From: a virus
Taxonomy: Duplodnaviria; Caudoviricetes
Length of the DNA stretch: 59,504 nucleotides
Strand: one strand, 5' to 3'
IMG/VR virus record: IMGVR_UViG_3300015171_000005
Coordinates: 1-59,504 of that record
Below the pieces are notes generated by a model. The model was not told the origin of the DNA. It saw nothing but the letters and a program-made list of their open reading frames with translations, and did not search any database. This document shows positions 46,545-54,714 of this stretch, in pieces. Position 1 is the first letter of the stretch, and each line of letters opens with the position of its first letter. The position numbers and the translations under genes are program-made.

Positions 46545-46833
46545 GGTTCCTCCAGTGTTGAAACGGTTTCATTGCGATTTCTGCCCCTGTGCGCATCAGG
46601 GATTGCTTGATGAGCACTTCCATCTTTTCGTCGGTGATGACAGGCCAAGAGCGTATGCCCATCTCGGTCATGTGGCGACCCGTGGTGGGCCCCCATGTAT
46701 TTTCCAGTCGCCTGCCGCCTTCTTCGGTGGTGATGGCGATGATCGTATTGTACGAGATGTAGAACACCGTCGTGCCGATCCACAGCTTGTAGCACTCGGT
46801 CCTGCGGTGAGAACCTTTGCAGATCTTGATCAT
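46513..46833 (-). CDS. hypothetical protein
   Basis: GAGG RBS, ATGA coupling. Confidence 0.7.
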   Translation of the reverse strand: MIKICKGSHRRTECYKLWIGTTVFYISYNTIIAITTEEGGRRLENTWGPTTGRHMTEMGIRSWPVITDEKMEVLIKQSLMRTGAEIAMKPFQHWRNHEADRQAVRV

Positions 46834-47030
46834 CTTTTCCTCTTGATAAGCAAACTAGGATGTTTAACGCGCACTTCGACGTAACCAGAAGGCGGGTCAT
46901 GTTGAATCGTGAATGAATCCACATCTGCGTCTTCGATTTCGCTATCTGTCAACGACAAAATCAGGCAGCGGTCGCCGCCCATAAGGGTTCGTGCTTTACA
47001 CAAAACTGTAATGGCTTCGTTGATTGTCAT
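46830..47030 (-). CDS. hypothetical protein
   Basis: GGAGA RBS. Confidence 0.7.
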   Translation of the reverse strand: MTINEAITVLCKARTLMGGDRCLILSLTDSEIEDADVDSFTIQHDPPSGYVEVRVKHPSLLIKRKR

Positions 47031-47249
47031 CTTTTCTCCAAGGCCCGCCTGACATCGGCTTGCCAGTTTTTTTTAATGCACGGCGATCGGTATTTCGGCT
47101 GGGATCGCCCGCGAAGATAATGACCTTTCGCTTGTCCGGGGTCGTGACGGCGATGCGTAGGTGCGCAGAAGCCGCGATACGCACGTCGTCGATGGTGCCG
47201 CCTAAGCTCTCGATGTACTCGCGGAAGAAGCGCATGTCCTGTGTTTCAT
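47027..47249 (-). pseudogene. HicA-like small gene with apparent frameshift(s)
   Basis: HLRI.V..PD...D.RALK continues as NWQADVRRALEKR* only after a -1 shift in an A8 run (47067-47074); that stop overlaps the next ATG. Confidence 0.5.
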
Positions 47250-47356
47250 CTAGGAGCCCCTAAATAAATCCAGAATATGAACAAGCCGAGCACGTAGCTG
47301 ATGCACACAGCAAAGAAGGTGAAACAAGCGGCTTTCCAATAGGAATCGAATTTCAT
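47246..47356 (-). CDS. small TM peptide (36 aa)
   Basis: ATGA coupling; single hydrophobic helix. Confidence 0.55.
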   Translation of the reverse strand: MKFDSYWKAACFTFFAVCISYVLGLFIFWIYLGAPR

Positions 47357-47610
47357 TTCTCTTCCTCGCGGATATCGATGATTTCACCCAAGCAGTATTC
47401 ACCGCTCGGGTCGTTGTCGCCATGCACCGGATTCCCGAGACCGTCTTTGATCCAGTACGAGAGATCGACGCCGCATGCCGAACAGCGGCCATAGCGATCC
47501 CACCCTTGGAAGCCTTTGTTGGTGGACATGCGCGCAGCTTCGATGATGCGCTCGTCGCCGCCCCATGTTTCGATGAGGTTGATGTAGCCGCAGTCGAGGA
47601 CTTCGATCAT
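47353..47610 (-). CDS. small protein with a ThyX-like N-terminus (truncated/chimeric)
   Basis: VLDCGYINLIETWGGDERIIEAARMSTNKGF resembles ThyX N-termini; no RHR catalytic motif. Confidence 0.55.
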   Translation of the reverse strand: MIEVLDCGYINLIETWGGDERIIEAARMSTNKGFQGWDRYGRCSACGVDLSYWIKDGLGNPVHGDNDPSGEYCLGEIIDIREEEK

Positions 47611-47726
47611 GGTTTCTTCTTCCCTCTGTAAAAGAACGGCCCGATGCTGATCCACCAAAACGGTTGCGTCGGTGCCCAGCACCAATTGATGAAACTGTCG
47701 CAATGTCGGCAGTGGCTACGTTTCAT
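47607..47726 (-). CDS. small hypothetical protein
   Basis: ATGA coupling at both ends. Confidence 0.5.
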   Translation of the reverse strand: MKRSHCRHCDSFINWCWAPTQPFWWISIGPFFYRGKKKP

Positions 47727-47932
47727 TTCTTCTTCACCTTTCCTTTTCTGAAGTTGGTGTACTCCATGATTTGATACTGCGTGATCCAAATCGCGTTACA
47801 CGCTACGCAGCGAGTATTTCGGTAAATCAGTCCCAGCGTAGTGATTTCCGGCGATTCGAATTTGGTCGCACCACCGCAATCAGGGCATTGCTCGCCGCGC
47901 GCATTGATGTAGCGGGCAAAATCGAGCTTCAC
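47723..47932 (-). CDS. small Zn-ribbon protein
   Basis: CPDC...CVAC. Confidence 0.65.
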   Translation of the reverse strand: MKLDFARYINARGEQCPDCGGATKFESPEITTLGLIYRNTRCVACNAIWITQYQIMEYTNFRKGKVKKK

Positions 47933-48357
47933 TTACGGGTTTCCTGCAAGAGCGCGATGCCCAAGAAGCAATAATTGATGATGTCGCGCAAGCGCCCTTC
48001 GATGGGCTCCGAGAGCTTGCTATCGACGATACCCATGGCGGCGGGCACGGACGCATTGATGAGCCCAAGAACTTCCGCGCCGGTCAATCCTTGCCACGCG
48101 GTCATGCTGATCATACGTGCGGTTTCTTCGAGAGCACCTTCGTTCACCCGCTGGAAATAGGTATCCACGGCATCGACGTGCTTGCCGTAATACTGCTTCC
48201 AGATTTGCAGCGGAGTCGTGCCTTGTTTCTCGGCGTTCCTCTTGAAGTTTGCCAGCCGATCGCCGTCACCGGCGTACTCCGCGCCTTTGGCGATCAGGAG
48301 ATCAGCCGTGGCGCGAATGTTGGCTTGAACGAGTTCATCGAATTCAGTGCGTGTCAT
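47929..48357 (-). CDS. DUF1599 / nucleotide-modification-associated domain protein
   Basis: LL..KG.EYA...D.LANF...K...E.IE.R..D.INY motifs. Confidence 0.7.
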   Translation of the reverse strand: MTRTEFDELVQANIRATADLLIAKGAEYAGDGDRLANFKRNAEKQGTTPLQIWKQYYGKHVDAVDTYFQRVNEGALEETARMISMTAWQGLTGAEVLGLINASVPAAMGIVDSKLSEPIEGRLRDIINYCFLGIALLQETRK

Positions 48358-48629
48358 TAGGAGACCCTATCTTTAACGGCTTTGGGAGTGTACTTCTCGC
48401 GAAACAGCTTCTCGACGTGGGGGTCAATATGGAACACGGCTTCGAATCCAGTGAACAGACTGGTACTCATTTCGAGCCGATTGTGCCCCAGCATGTTCAT
48501 CGCCATTTGATTATTGTTGTGCCGCAACTTGACCTTGTACAACTTGACGTTGTGTAACGATGCGCCATCAATGTCGAACTCCACGAAATACAGGTCAAAT
48601 CCACATTCGAAAAGAGTTGAGTGATTCAT
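48357..48629 (-). CDS. hypothetical protein
   Basis: Coupled at both ends. Confidence 0.65.
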   Translation of the reverse strand: MNHSTLFECGFDLYFVEFDIDGASLHNVKLYKVKLRHNNNQMAMNMLGHNRLEMSTSLFTGFEAVFHIDPHVEKLFREKYTPKAVKDRVS

Positions 48630-48781
48630 TTCCGCCCCAGTCGATGCCGGATTGGTTGTTGGGTGAAGTCACGGTGCTTGCGATGCCTGAATTGCATGGA
48701 CAGGCAATACAGCAGCCACGTGAAGAGCACGATTCGATATACCGCATGTACCGCGTTCGCCGTGTTCATCAAAAAACGCAT
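48626..48781 (-). CDS. small hydrophobic protein (51 aa; not in the ORF track)
   Basis: MRFLMNTANAVHAVYRIVLFTWLLY...; AGGT RBS; ATGA coupling downstream. Confidence 0.6.
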   Translation of the reverse strand: MRFLMNTANAVHAVYRIVLFTWLLYCLSMQFRHRKHRDFTQQPIRHRLGRK

Positions 48782-48787
48782 GGATTA

Positions 48788-49279
48788 TTACCTGTGACGA
48801 ATACATTCGGGGTGGAGCTTACATTTTGCTTCTATGTAAGCATCGTAAGCAGCTTCGGCGGTTAGATAAGTCCCTAAATATTTTCCTTTTCCATTAACTT
48901 GAATTTTGGCTCTAAAACGATTTCTCTCGTAAGAAACGCCTCTAAACCCTGTCATATTATTTTTTTGCGGCTTGTATTGATTTTGCATATTCATTAAATG
49001 AGTAGCATCACGCAAATTTGCCATCCTGTTATTGCTTCGATTTCCATCACGATGGTCTATGCTATTTTTTGGGTATGTGCCATGTGTATAAAACCAAGCA
49101 AGCCGATGAGCGTAATAGTCCACAGCATCTATCGAAAGTGTTATGTATCCTTCCTTAGTTAAGCATCCAGCTATCGACCCTGCCAAGCAATGCGACGTTC
49201 TAATACGACGCGTGAATATCCCGGTTTTAGGGTCGTAAATCAAAACTTCTTTCAATCTTTCATGAGATAGTTTCTTCAT
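48788..49279 (-). CDS. HNH-AP2 homing endonuclease
   Basis: L.YDP.TG.F, AHRLAW.Y..G..P...IDH.DGN..NNR..NLR, G.RGV..F.A.I...GK.KYLG.Y; markedly AT-rich. Confidence 0.92.
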   Translation of the reverse strand: MKKLSHERLKEVLIYDPKTGIFTRRIRTSHCLAGSIAGCLTKEGYITLSIDAVDYYAHRLAWFYTHGTYPKNSIDHRDGNRSNNRMANLRDATHLMNMQNQYKPQKNNMTGFRGVSYERNRFRAKIQVNGKGKYLGTYLTAEAAYDAYIEAKCKLHPECIRHR

Positions 49280-49722
49280 GTACAGCGTTCACGGCGGTTG
49301 CGAGATTGAGTAGGTGCTTCATATTTTCCCGTGGTTGCCCGGCTGATCCATTCGGCGATGTCCTTGCGGTTCATGACATTCTCTTCGAGCATGCTCTTGG
49401 TGTGTCCGTCCTCCCAGTTAAGGTCTTGGAAAATGATGCCGCCCTGCTCCATACCCAAGATCACGTACACACGCCGACCTTCGAGATAGCGCGCATGCAG
49501 CCACTCCGATTGCAGCGGAGTCAGGTCAAGCACGTAATCATTTTGTGATTTGGGGATGTGCGTGGCGTACTTGTATTCGACCCAGATGTCTGCGACATGC
49601 CCCGAGTACCACACATCGGCTGGGCCGCTGATGTAGGCGTTGTGGGTTTTCATGTGGTACAGATCGACCGGCAAATGCCGGTGCACGCTGGCGATGAAAG
49701 TGTTCTCAGGTTTACGGCTCAC
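49276..49722 (-). CDS. VRR-NUC / PD-(D/E)XK nuclease (resolvase-like)
   Basis: PE..F, G.AD, WVEYK, LTPLQ..WL motifs. Confidence 0.8.
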   Translation of the reverse strand: MSRKPENTFIASVHRHLPVDLYHMKTHNAYISGPADVWYSGHVADIWVEYKYATHIPKSQNDYVLDLTPLQSEWLHARYLEGRRVYVILGMEQGGIIFQDLNWEDGHTKSMLEENVMNRKDIAEWISRATTGKYEAPTQSRNRRERCT

Positions 49723-49892
49723 TTCCCCTCCTTGGACGCGTGTTGCTTGTCGGGGTGCGTGAAGATGATGTTCAGCAAGTCGGCGATGATCTTTCGATAC
49801 GCCGATGCCGGGTACAGCACATCTTTCGACCCGTCTTTCAAGGCTTCGTACGCAGCGTCCGTGATGGCGCGGTCTTTGTCATTGAGTTTCAT
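49719..49892 (-). CDS. small hypothetical protein (57 aa)
   Basis: Start and stop both overlap neighbouring genes. Confidence 0.6.
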   Translation of the reverse strand: MKLNDKDRAITDAAYEALKDGSKDVLYPASAYRKIIADLLNIIFTHPDKQHASKEGK

Positions 49893-50434
49893 TTGATGCT
49901 CGTCAGGTCATTAGTTCCAATCCATGTATGAATCGCTTGCACGTGCTGCGCTTGATGGATGGCGTCAGCAAACGCGTTGTGCCTGTTACCGATGAATTCC
50001 GGTTTCGGGACGTGTTTGTACATGTTCTTCAGCGTGCGGAAGCAGCGGTGATTCCAGTGCGGGACCATCGGCTTGATGCTGTGCTTGTCGAGCGCGTGGT
50101 TGATGATGGGGATGTCGAAGTCCGCACCGTTACTCCACAGCAGCGGTGTTTCCCAGTCGTTCCACTCCACAAGATCGACGAGAGCCGCGAAAAGCTGAAC
50201 TTTGCCGGGGTCGCGAAATACTTCCTTCGCGGCTGTCTCCTGCCCCATCCACCATGACAACGTGTCGTGCTGGATGACACGATCTTTCTGACTGTCGAGA
50301 TCGCAGACGCGGTAGAAATAATCAGGGTCGATATCTCCATCCAGATTGAACTTCACCGCGCCGATGCTGACGATGACGGCATCCGGCGTGACGGCGAGTG
50401 TTTCCAGATCGAGCATGACGTGTCCATACTTCAT
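49889..50434 (-). CDS. DEDD 3'-5' exonuclease
   Basis: MLDLETL, SIGAV.F, WSNGA.FD, RC.RT, HNA..DA..QA; AAGGAGA RBS. Confidence 0.9.
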   Translation of the reverse strand: MKYGHVMLDLETLAVTPDAVIVSIGAVKFNLDGDIDPDYFYRVCDLDSQKDRVIQHDTLSWWMGQETAAKEVFRDPGKVQLFAALVDLVEWNDWETPLLWSNGADFDIPIINHALDKHSIKPMVPHWNHRCFRTLKNMYKHVPKPEFIGNRHNAFADAIHQAQHVQAIHTWIGTNDLTSIK

Positions 50435-50444
50435 TTGGTCTCCT

Positions 50445-50639
50445 TTATGGTTTTCTGTTCTGCGAATGACACTCGCGCTGCGCACAGTCACATTCTGGCC
50501 AGCGACAGTTGAAGTAGTCGCGGCAGGGCTTGTCTGCTACTGGGTCGCGTCCATTGCGCCATCCAGCCGCGATGCGCTCCAAGGCCGCGGGGCAACGCCA
50601 ACTCTTACAGCTTGGCTCGCAGGTGTGTTTCCATCTCAC
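50445..50639 (-). CDS. small Cys-rich protein
   Basis: GTGA coupling. Confidence 0.45.
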   Translation of the reverse strand: MRWKHTCEPSCKSWRCPAALERIAAGWRNGRDPVADKPCRDYFNCRWPECDCAQRECHSQNRKP

Positions 50640-50827
50640 TTGTCGCGCCCCTCGGAAGGCAGCGTTTTTGCCATTTTCGCTTTGACCGCAGCAATAGCCC
50701 CTTCCTTGGTCGGCGCGTATGCCCCGGCTCCGCGAGGGCCGACGGTGTAGGCGTAATACGCACCACCCTTTCCGGCAATCGGGGCAACGAACTCGACCTT
50801 GATTTCAGCATCGCCGTTCGACATCAA
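50636..50827 (-). CDS. hypothetical protein
   Basis: AAGGAGA RBS. Confidence 0.6.
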   Translation of the reverse strand: MMSNGDAEIKVEFVAPIAGKGGAYYAYTVGPRGAGAYAPTKEGAIAAVKAKMAKTLPSEGRDK

Positions 50828-50898
50828 TCTCTCCTTGTTAGGGCATCGTCCATCGCCGGATGGGTCGCAATGAACGCAGTAATCGGAGCCACAGGAAA

Positions 50899-51144
50899 TT
50901 ATGGCAATTCATTCGCTCGTTCGACGCTCATGGCGACAGGCGGGTGCGCTCCGCTCCACACATCGAGTCGGATGTGAGCGCCGTTGTTGAGCATGATTAA
51001 GTCCTCGGGCGACGGCTTCCAGAACGACGCCATCACTCCGCGATCAGGAAAGATGATGATGGGAAGCGCCCCGCACTCGCCGCACCGCGTCCCGCGTGGA
51101 GGACCGAGTAGCGTTGTCTGCCCCTCAAACTCAACGGCCTTCAT
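50899..51144 (-). CDS. hypothetical protein
   Basis: CG.LP...S.WKP..E.L..LN.G...HPPV motif; ATGA coupling. Confidence 0.7.
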   Translation of the reverse strand: MKAVEFEGQTTLLGPPRGTRCGECGALPIIIFPDRGVMASFWKPSPEDLIMLNNGAHIRLDVWSGAHPPVAMSVERANELP

Positions 51145-51371
51145 AAGCTGCCTTTCCTAGGCGTAGCCTTCCTCTGTGCTTTGAACCGGCCACACCAATC
51201 GCTGCAACTGACCGCCGGGAACAGCCCCTCCAGCCCGAGGCCGCAGTAGTTCTCGGAGTTGGGAGTGATCTTGGGCGGCTCAACGCGGCACAGGCCCATA
51301 TCGGGGAACGGCCCCGACTTGACGAAGAACGTGCAGCGCTTGCAGTTGTTCATGGTTTCCTCGAATGACAT
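51141..51371 (-). CDS. small Cys-rich protein
   Basis: C..C.FF...G.CR..PP...FP.V...DWCG.F. Confidence 0.7.
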   Translation of the reverse strand: MSFEETMNNCKRCTFFVKSGPFPDMGLCRVEPPKITPNSENYCGLGLEGLFPAVSCSDWCGRFKAQRKATPRKGSL

Positions 51372-51459
51372 TGCAAATTCAGCGTTTTCATACGTTCCCT
51401 GCCGTATTCCGCGTCACAGAACGGGCGTTCACTTGCCTACGCCCTCCTCGTTCCGCGTT

Positions 51460-51675
51460 TTAGTCATTGCACGCGATCTCGCGCAGGCATCGACCGACCG
51501 GCCCGCACTTCTCGGGGTGGTGGCAGAACGGCGCGTTGTAGTTGCTGTGGTCGCGGAGAGCGCGGATAGCCGCCGCCTGCGGATCGACGTGGCCCTGTGG
51601 CAGCGTGTCGATTGCTGCGCTAATGGCCGCATTCCAGCCGTCGCGGAAGACCTCTCGGTGTTCTTCGGGAGTCAT
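51460..51675 (-). CDS. hypothetical protein
   Basis: AAGGAG RBS. Confidence 0.65.
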   Translation of the reverse strand: MTPEEHREVFRDGWNAAISAAIDTLPQGHVDPQAAAIRALRDHSNYNAPFCHHPEKCGPVGRCLREIACND

Positions 51676-52358
51676 TTGCTGCTCCTTTCATGGCACGTTT
51701 TCGAGCGCACCTCGCCGGATAACTGTTGGGAGCCGCGCGTGTAGTCAATGTCCGTGTCGGTCGGCCCCTTGATGGCAACCCACTTCACGCCGCACTTCTC
51801 GCATGCAACGTAGTAGCCGCCCGACCAGAACACCAGCGAGTCGTGTGTGCAGGGGGTCATGTAGTTCGGATTCAGGTCAATCGTGAACTCGAAGCCCGCG
51901 GGGCCGAAATCGTTCCTCTGTGCATGTACCTCGCCGTCGATGGCGTGGAGATCGCAGCCAACATCTTTTGCCCACCTGATCCAGCCGTAGGGGAGCGCCG
52001 CGTAGATCGTCCTGAGTCGCCCTTCGTGGTCGAACGTGGTCTGCTTCAAGATGCCCGCCACGAGCCGCCGCAGGGAGTCGATGGTGTCGGAGCCGGAAGG
52101 GTTGGGATTCTTGGCGAGCGCGGCGCGGGCCTCTGGATAGAGGCAGTCCGACAAGTGCGCTGCGGGGAGCGTGGTGCCGCACCAGTCGCAATACCCGTCA
52201 GCGTCACGCTCGAACTCGCAGAAGCGGCTCAATGCGTCCGCGATGCGCCCTGCATAGGCAGCGTTTTCGCGCGCCGTGCAGGTGTCGTCGTTCTCGCAAT
52301 CGCTGCGATAGCAGTAGCCCTCGCAGAACTCGCACTCGACGCCCTTGCGGCTGCTCAT
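51672..52358 (-). CDS. mosaic Cys-rich hypothetical protein
   Basis: Several CxxC motifs; ATGA coupling. Confidence 0.65.
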   Translation of the reverse strand: MSSRKGVECEFCEGYCYRSDCENDDTCTARENAAYAGRIADALSRFCEFERDADGYCDWCGTTLPAAHLSDCLYPEARAALAKNPNPSGSDTIDSLRRLVAGILKQTTFDHEGRLRTIYAALPYGWIRWAKDVGCDLHAIDGEVHAQRNDFGPAGFEFTIDLNPNYMTPCTHDSLVFWSGGYYVACEKCGVKWVAIKGPTDTDIDYTRGSQQLSGEVRSKTCHERSSK

Positions 52359-52458
52359 TCCGACCCCCTGGACGAGTAGGCGATGGCCCACGCCACGCCA
52401 ACAACCATGATAGGAAGGCCGATGGCCTTGATGATCTCCACGAGGTTCGAGCACTCCA

Positions 52459-52845
52459 TCATTTCGGGGCCTCCGGTAGCGGCATCCAGTGGGTGGCCTC
52501 GAAGCGCATCGCGGCGCTCGGGAACTTCCACTCCTGCGAGCGGGGCTTGTATCGCGCTTCGCCGGGGTTGATCCCCTTCGCGCCGACTAGATAGCGGCCA
52601 GCCGCCTCCGGCACGCGGTCGGCCAGGGCGATCCACGAAGTCGCGCCCTTGGAGAGGCGTAGATTCAGCTCGGCGATAGCGCCCTTGGCGACATCAATAT
52701 CGGTGAGCGCCTCGGCCAGCTCGCGCTTCAAGGCTGCAACCACAAGGCCATGACCATGACGCACGCAATAGCCCATGATTTCGCAGCTACGGTCCCCACA
52801 GCCGCCATTCGGCGTGTCACATTCGGTCCTCGGCGTGTCGCTCAT
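52459..52845 (-). CDS. DUF551-like protein
   Basis: WI...DR.PE...THWMPLPEAP; GAGG RBS. Confidence 0.8.
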   Translation of the reverse strand: MSDTPRTECDTPNGGCGDRSCEIMGYCVRHGHGLVVAALKRELAEALTDIDVAKGAIAELNLRLSKGATSWIALADRVPEAAGRYLVGAKGINPGEARYKPRSQEWKFPSAAMRFEATHWMPLPEAPK

Positions 52846-52867
52846 GGCTTCCTCACTTTCTCCTTGT

Positions 52868-52945
52868 TGGTGCCCGGAGAAGGGTTCGAACCTTCGACCT
52901 ACCGCTTACAAGGCGGTTGCTCTACCACTGAGCTATATACCGGGC
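52868..52945 (-). tRNA. tRNA-Thr(UGU) with 3 extra nt at the acceptor/D-arm junction
   Basis: D arm GCTC/GAGC, anticodon arm ACCGC-CTTGTAA-GCGGT, T loop TTCGAAC, encoded CCA. Confidence 0.85.
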
Positions 52946-52946
52946 A

Positions 52947-53023
52947 TGGGGGTGACGGACGAGATTCGAACTCGCAACCACCGGAACCACAATCCGGGGC
53001 TCCACCAATTGAGCTACCGTCAC
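52947..53023 (-). tRNA. tRNA-His(GUG), atypical ends
   Basis: Acceptor GTGACGG/CCGTCAC, anticodon arm CCGGA-TTGTGGT-TCCGG, C73; T at -1 and a CCCA tail. Confidence 0.88.
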
Positions 53024-53034
53024 AGCAGGCTGTG

Positions 53035-53235
53035 CTACTTCGACGCGAGCTTCTCGTGCGCTTTGGCGTGCTTGTCGTACGCTTTCTGGTCGGCGGCGGC
53101 GGCTTTGGCCGATACTTTAGCCTGCGCTTTCAGGTCGGCCAACGTGGCCTTGCTGTCCTTCACCGCCTGCTTGTGATCGAACTTCTTCTGCTTGGCTTCG
53201 GCGCTACTCAGAATCCTCGACGGGGTACGCGACAT
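53035..53235 (-). CDS. small basic Lys/Ala-rich protein
   Basis: GAGG RBS. Confidence 0.7.
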   Translation of the reverse strand: MSRTPSRILSSAEAKQKKFDHKQAVKDSKATLADLKAQAKVSAKAAAADQKAYDKHAKAHEKLASK

Positions 53236-53449
53236 GGTGTGCTTTCCTCAAGTTGTTGATGTACGCCTTTTTGTTGAACCGTGCGGCGCGACGGATGAGC
53301 GCTTCAACGAGCGTCTTGCGGCGACGAGTCCCAGCTTCCAGAGTAAGGCAATGATGAACTTCCTTCTCCGTTAGCTGGGGCATCATCTCCGCAAGAAGCA
53401 CCGCCGATTCGAGCGCTCGATGAATATGCCACTTGCGGATTTTTTCCAT
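53204..53449 (-). CDS. hypothetical protein
   Basis: TAAGGAG RBS. Confidence 0.75.
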   Translation of the reverse strand: MEKIRKWHIHRALESAVLLAEMMPQLTEKEVHHCLTLEAGTRRRKTLVEALIRRAARFNKKAYINNLRKAHHVAYPVEDSE

Positions 53450-53456
53450 GGGCTCC

Positions 53457-54206
53457 TTACTTGCGTTTTCCGCGCGCCGGGGCCGGTGCCTTGTAGCCGG
53501 TAACATCCGGCTCCTTGGCAAGCCGCGACTTGGCGATGCCGCGCATGTTGTACGCGAGCGCCTTCATGTCGGCTTCCACCGGGCGCGGGTTGCCGAACAC
53601 CAGCGTCGGGTAGTCGGCTTTCTCGTCGAACGACACTTCGGTGATGACCCCGAACGGCAGCGTATCGAACTTGGCGGCGATCGAAGTCACGTAGCTGTCG
53701 AACCCCTTGAGCGCCGTCGCCGACACCTTCAGGATGTACAACGGCGTGTCCACGTCGGCGTCGGGCGGCAGGCAAGCCACCACGCGGTACTCCTTGCACG
53801 CCTTGCCATTGCCGTTGGAGCCGAACTCGTTCATCGGGCAGACATTGCACGACGATGCCTGCTTGTTCGGCGCATCCTTGCTGGGCACCATTTCCTTCGG
53901 CGACGTGGCGAGCGCGAAGCAGGCAGGCGGCGTGATGTTCTTCGGATCGTACGCGCCTTCGTAGAAGTAGCGGGCGGTCGCGAAGTCCACGATCACGATG
54001 TCGATCGGCTTGTTGCTCTTGACGCCGTTCGGGAGCTTGAACGTCTTGTCCAGCCCGATCTGGATCGCGTCGCCGCTGGGTGCCCCGACCCTGTCGCCGA
54101 GTGTGGCGAGTTCGCGTTTGATATCGGCTTCCATGGTCGCGACGTTGGTGCCGGGGCGCAGTGCCACGGCGGTCTTCGGCTTCGTTGCTGCTTTGGCTGC
54201 TGCCAT
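53457..54206 (-). CDS. ssDNA-binding/annealing-like replication protein
   Basis: TAAGGAG RBS; P.CF...C..CP.N.FGS..NGKAC motif; located in the replication module. Confidence 0.6.
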   Translation of the reverse strand: MAAAKAATKPKTAVALRPGTNVATMEADIKRELATLGDRVGAPSGDAIQIGLDKTFKLPNGVKSNKPIDIVIVDFATARYFYEGAYDPKNITPPACFALATSPKEMVPSKDAPNKQASSCNVCPMNEFGSNGNGKACKEYRVVACLPPDADVDTPLYILKVSATALKGFDSYVTSIAAKFDTLPFGVITEVSFDEKADYPTLVFGNPRPVEADMKALAYNMRGIAKSRLAKEPDVTGYKAPAPARGKRK

Positions 54207-54216
54207 TTGATGCTCC

Positions 54217-54645
54217 TTAGGTGAGGGTACGGATGTTGACCTTGCGCTTCTTGAACGCCGTCAAGCCGGGGATGGGCTTCCCCTGCTCGAAGAGTTCACG
54301 GCAGGCAAGGTCGGAAACGCGCCGTTGAAAAAGGTGGAAGTACTTGGTCTTGAGCACGTAGTTATTGAACACGGTGTTGTCGTCGATGGTGAAGGACACC
54401 ACTTCGCTGATGCTGGCGCTGGCCTTGCCGCCCGTGCTCTTGGGCACGCCTTCGCTGTCCATGCGGACAATGAGTGCATCTTCCTTCTCGTGGATCACCG
54501 CTTCGATGTCCTTAATTGCCGCTTCGAGTTGACGCTTCTTCTCGCGCTCGGCCCAGATGTCGTCGATGAGCCCGGCGATAGTCGAAGGACGAACGCGTTC
54601 GACGACCTTGGTAACGGCTTTTGCAGCCGCTGGGGTGCGTGCCAT
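54217..54645 (-). CDS. replication-module protein
   Basis: AAGGA RBS; coiled coil then FQRRVS...IPG. Confidence 0.75.
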   Translation of the reverse strand: MARTPAAAKAVTKVVERVRPSTIAGLIDDIWAEREKKRQLEAAIKDIEAVIHEKEDALIVRMDSEGVPKSTGGKASASISEVVSFTIDDNTVFNNYVLKTKYFHLFQRRVSDLACRELFEQGKPIPGLTAFKKRKVNIRTLT

Positions 54646-54685
54646 GAATGGTCCTTTTGCGTGGTGAAACGTGAATAAAAAAGCG

Positions 54686-54714
54686 ATGATACATGAAAAA
54701 AATTATAACGACAA
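54686..54714 (-). promoter_or_regulatory. sigma70-like promoter
   Basis: TTGTCG-17 nt-TATCAT. Confidence 0.5.
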
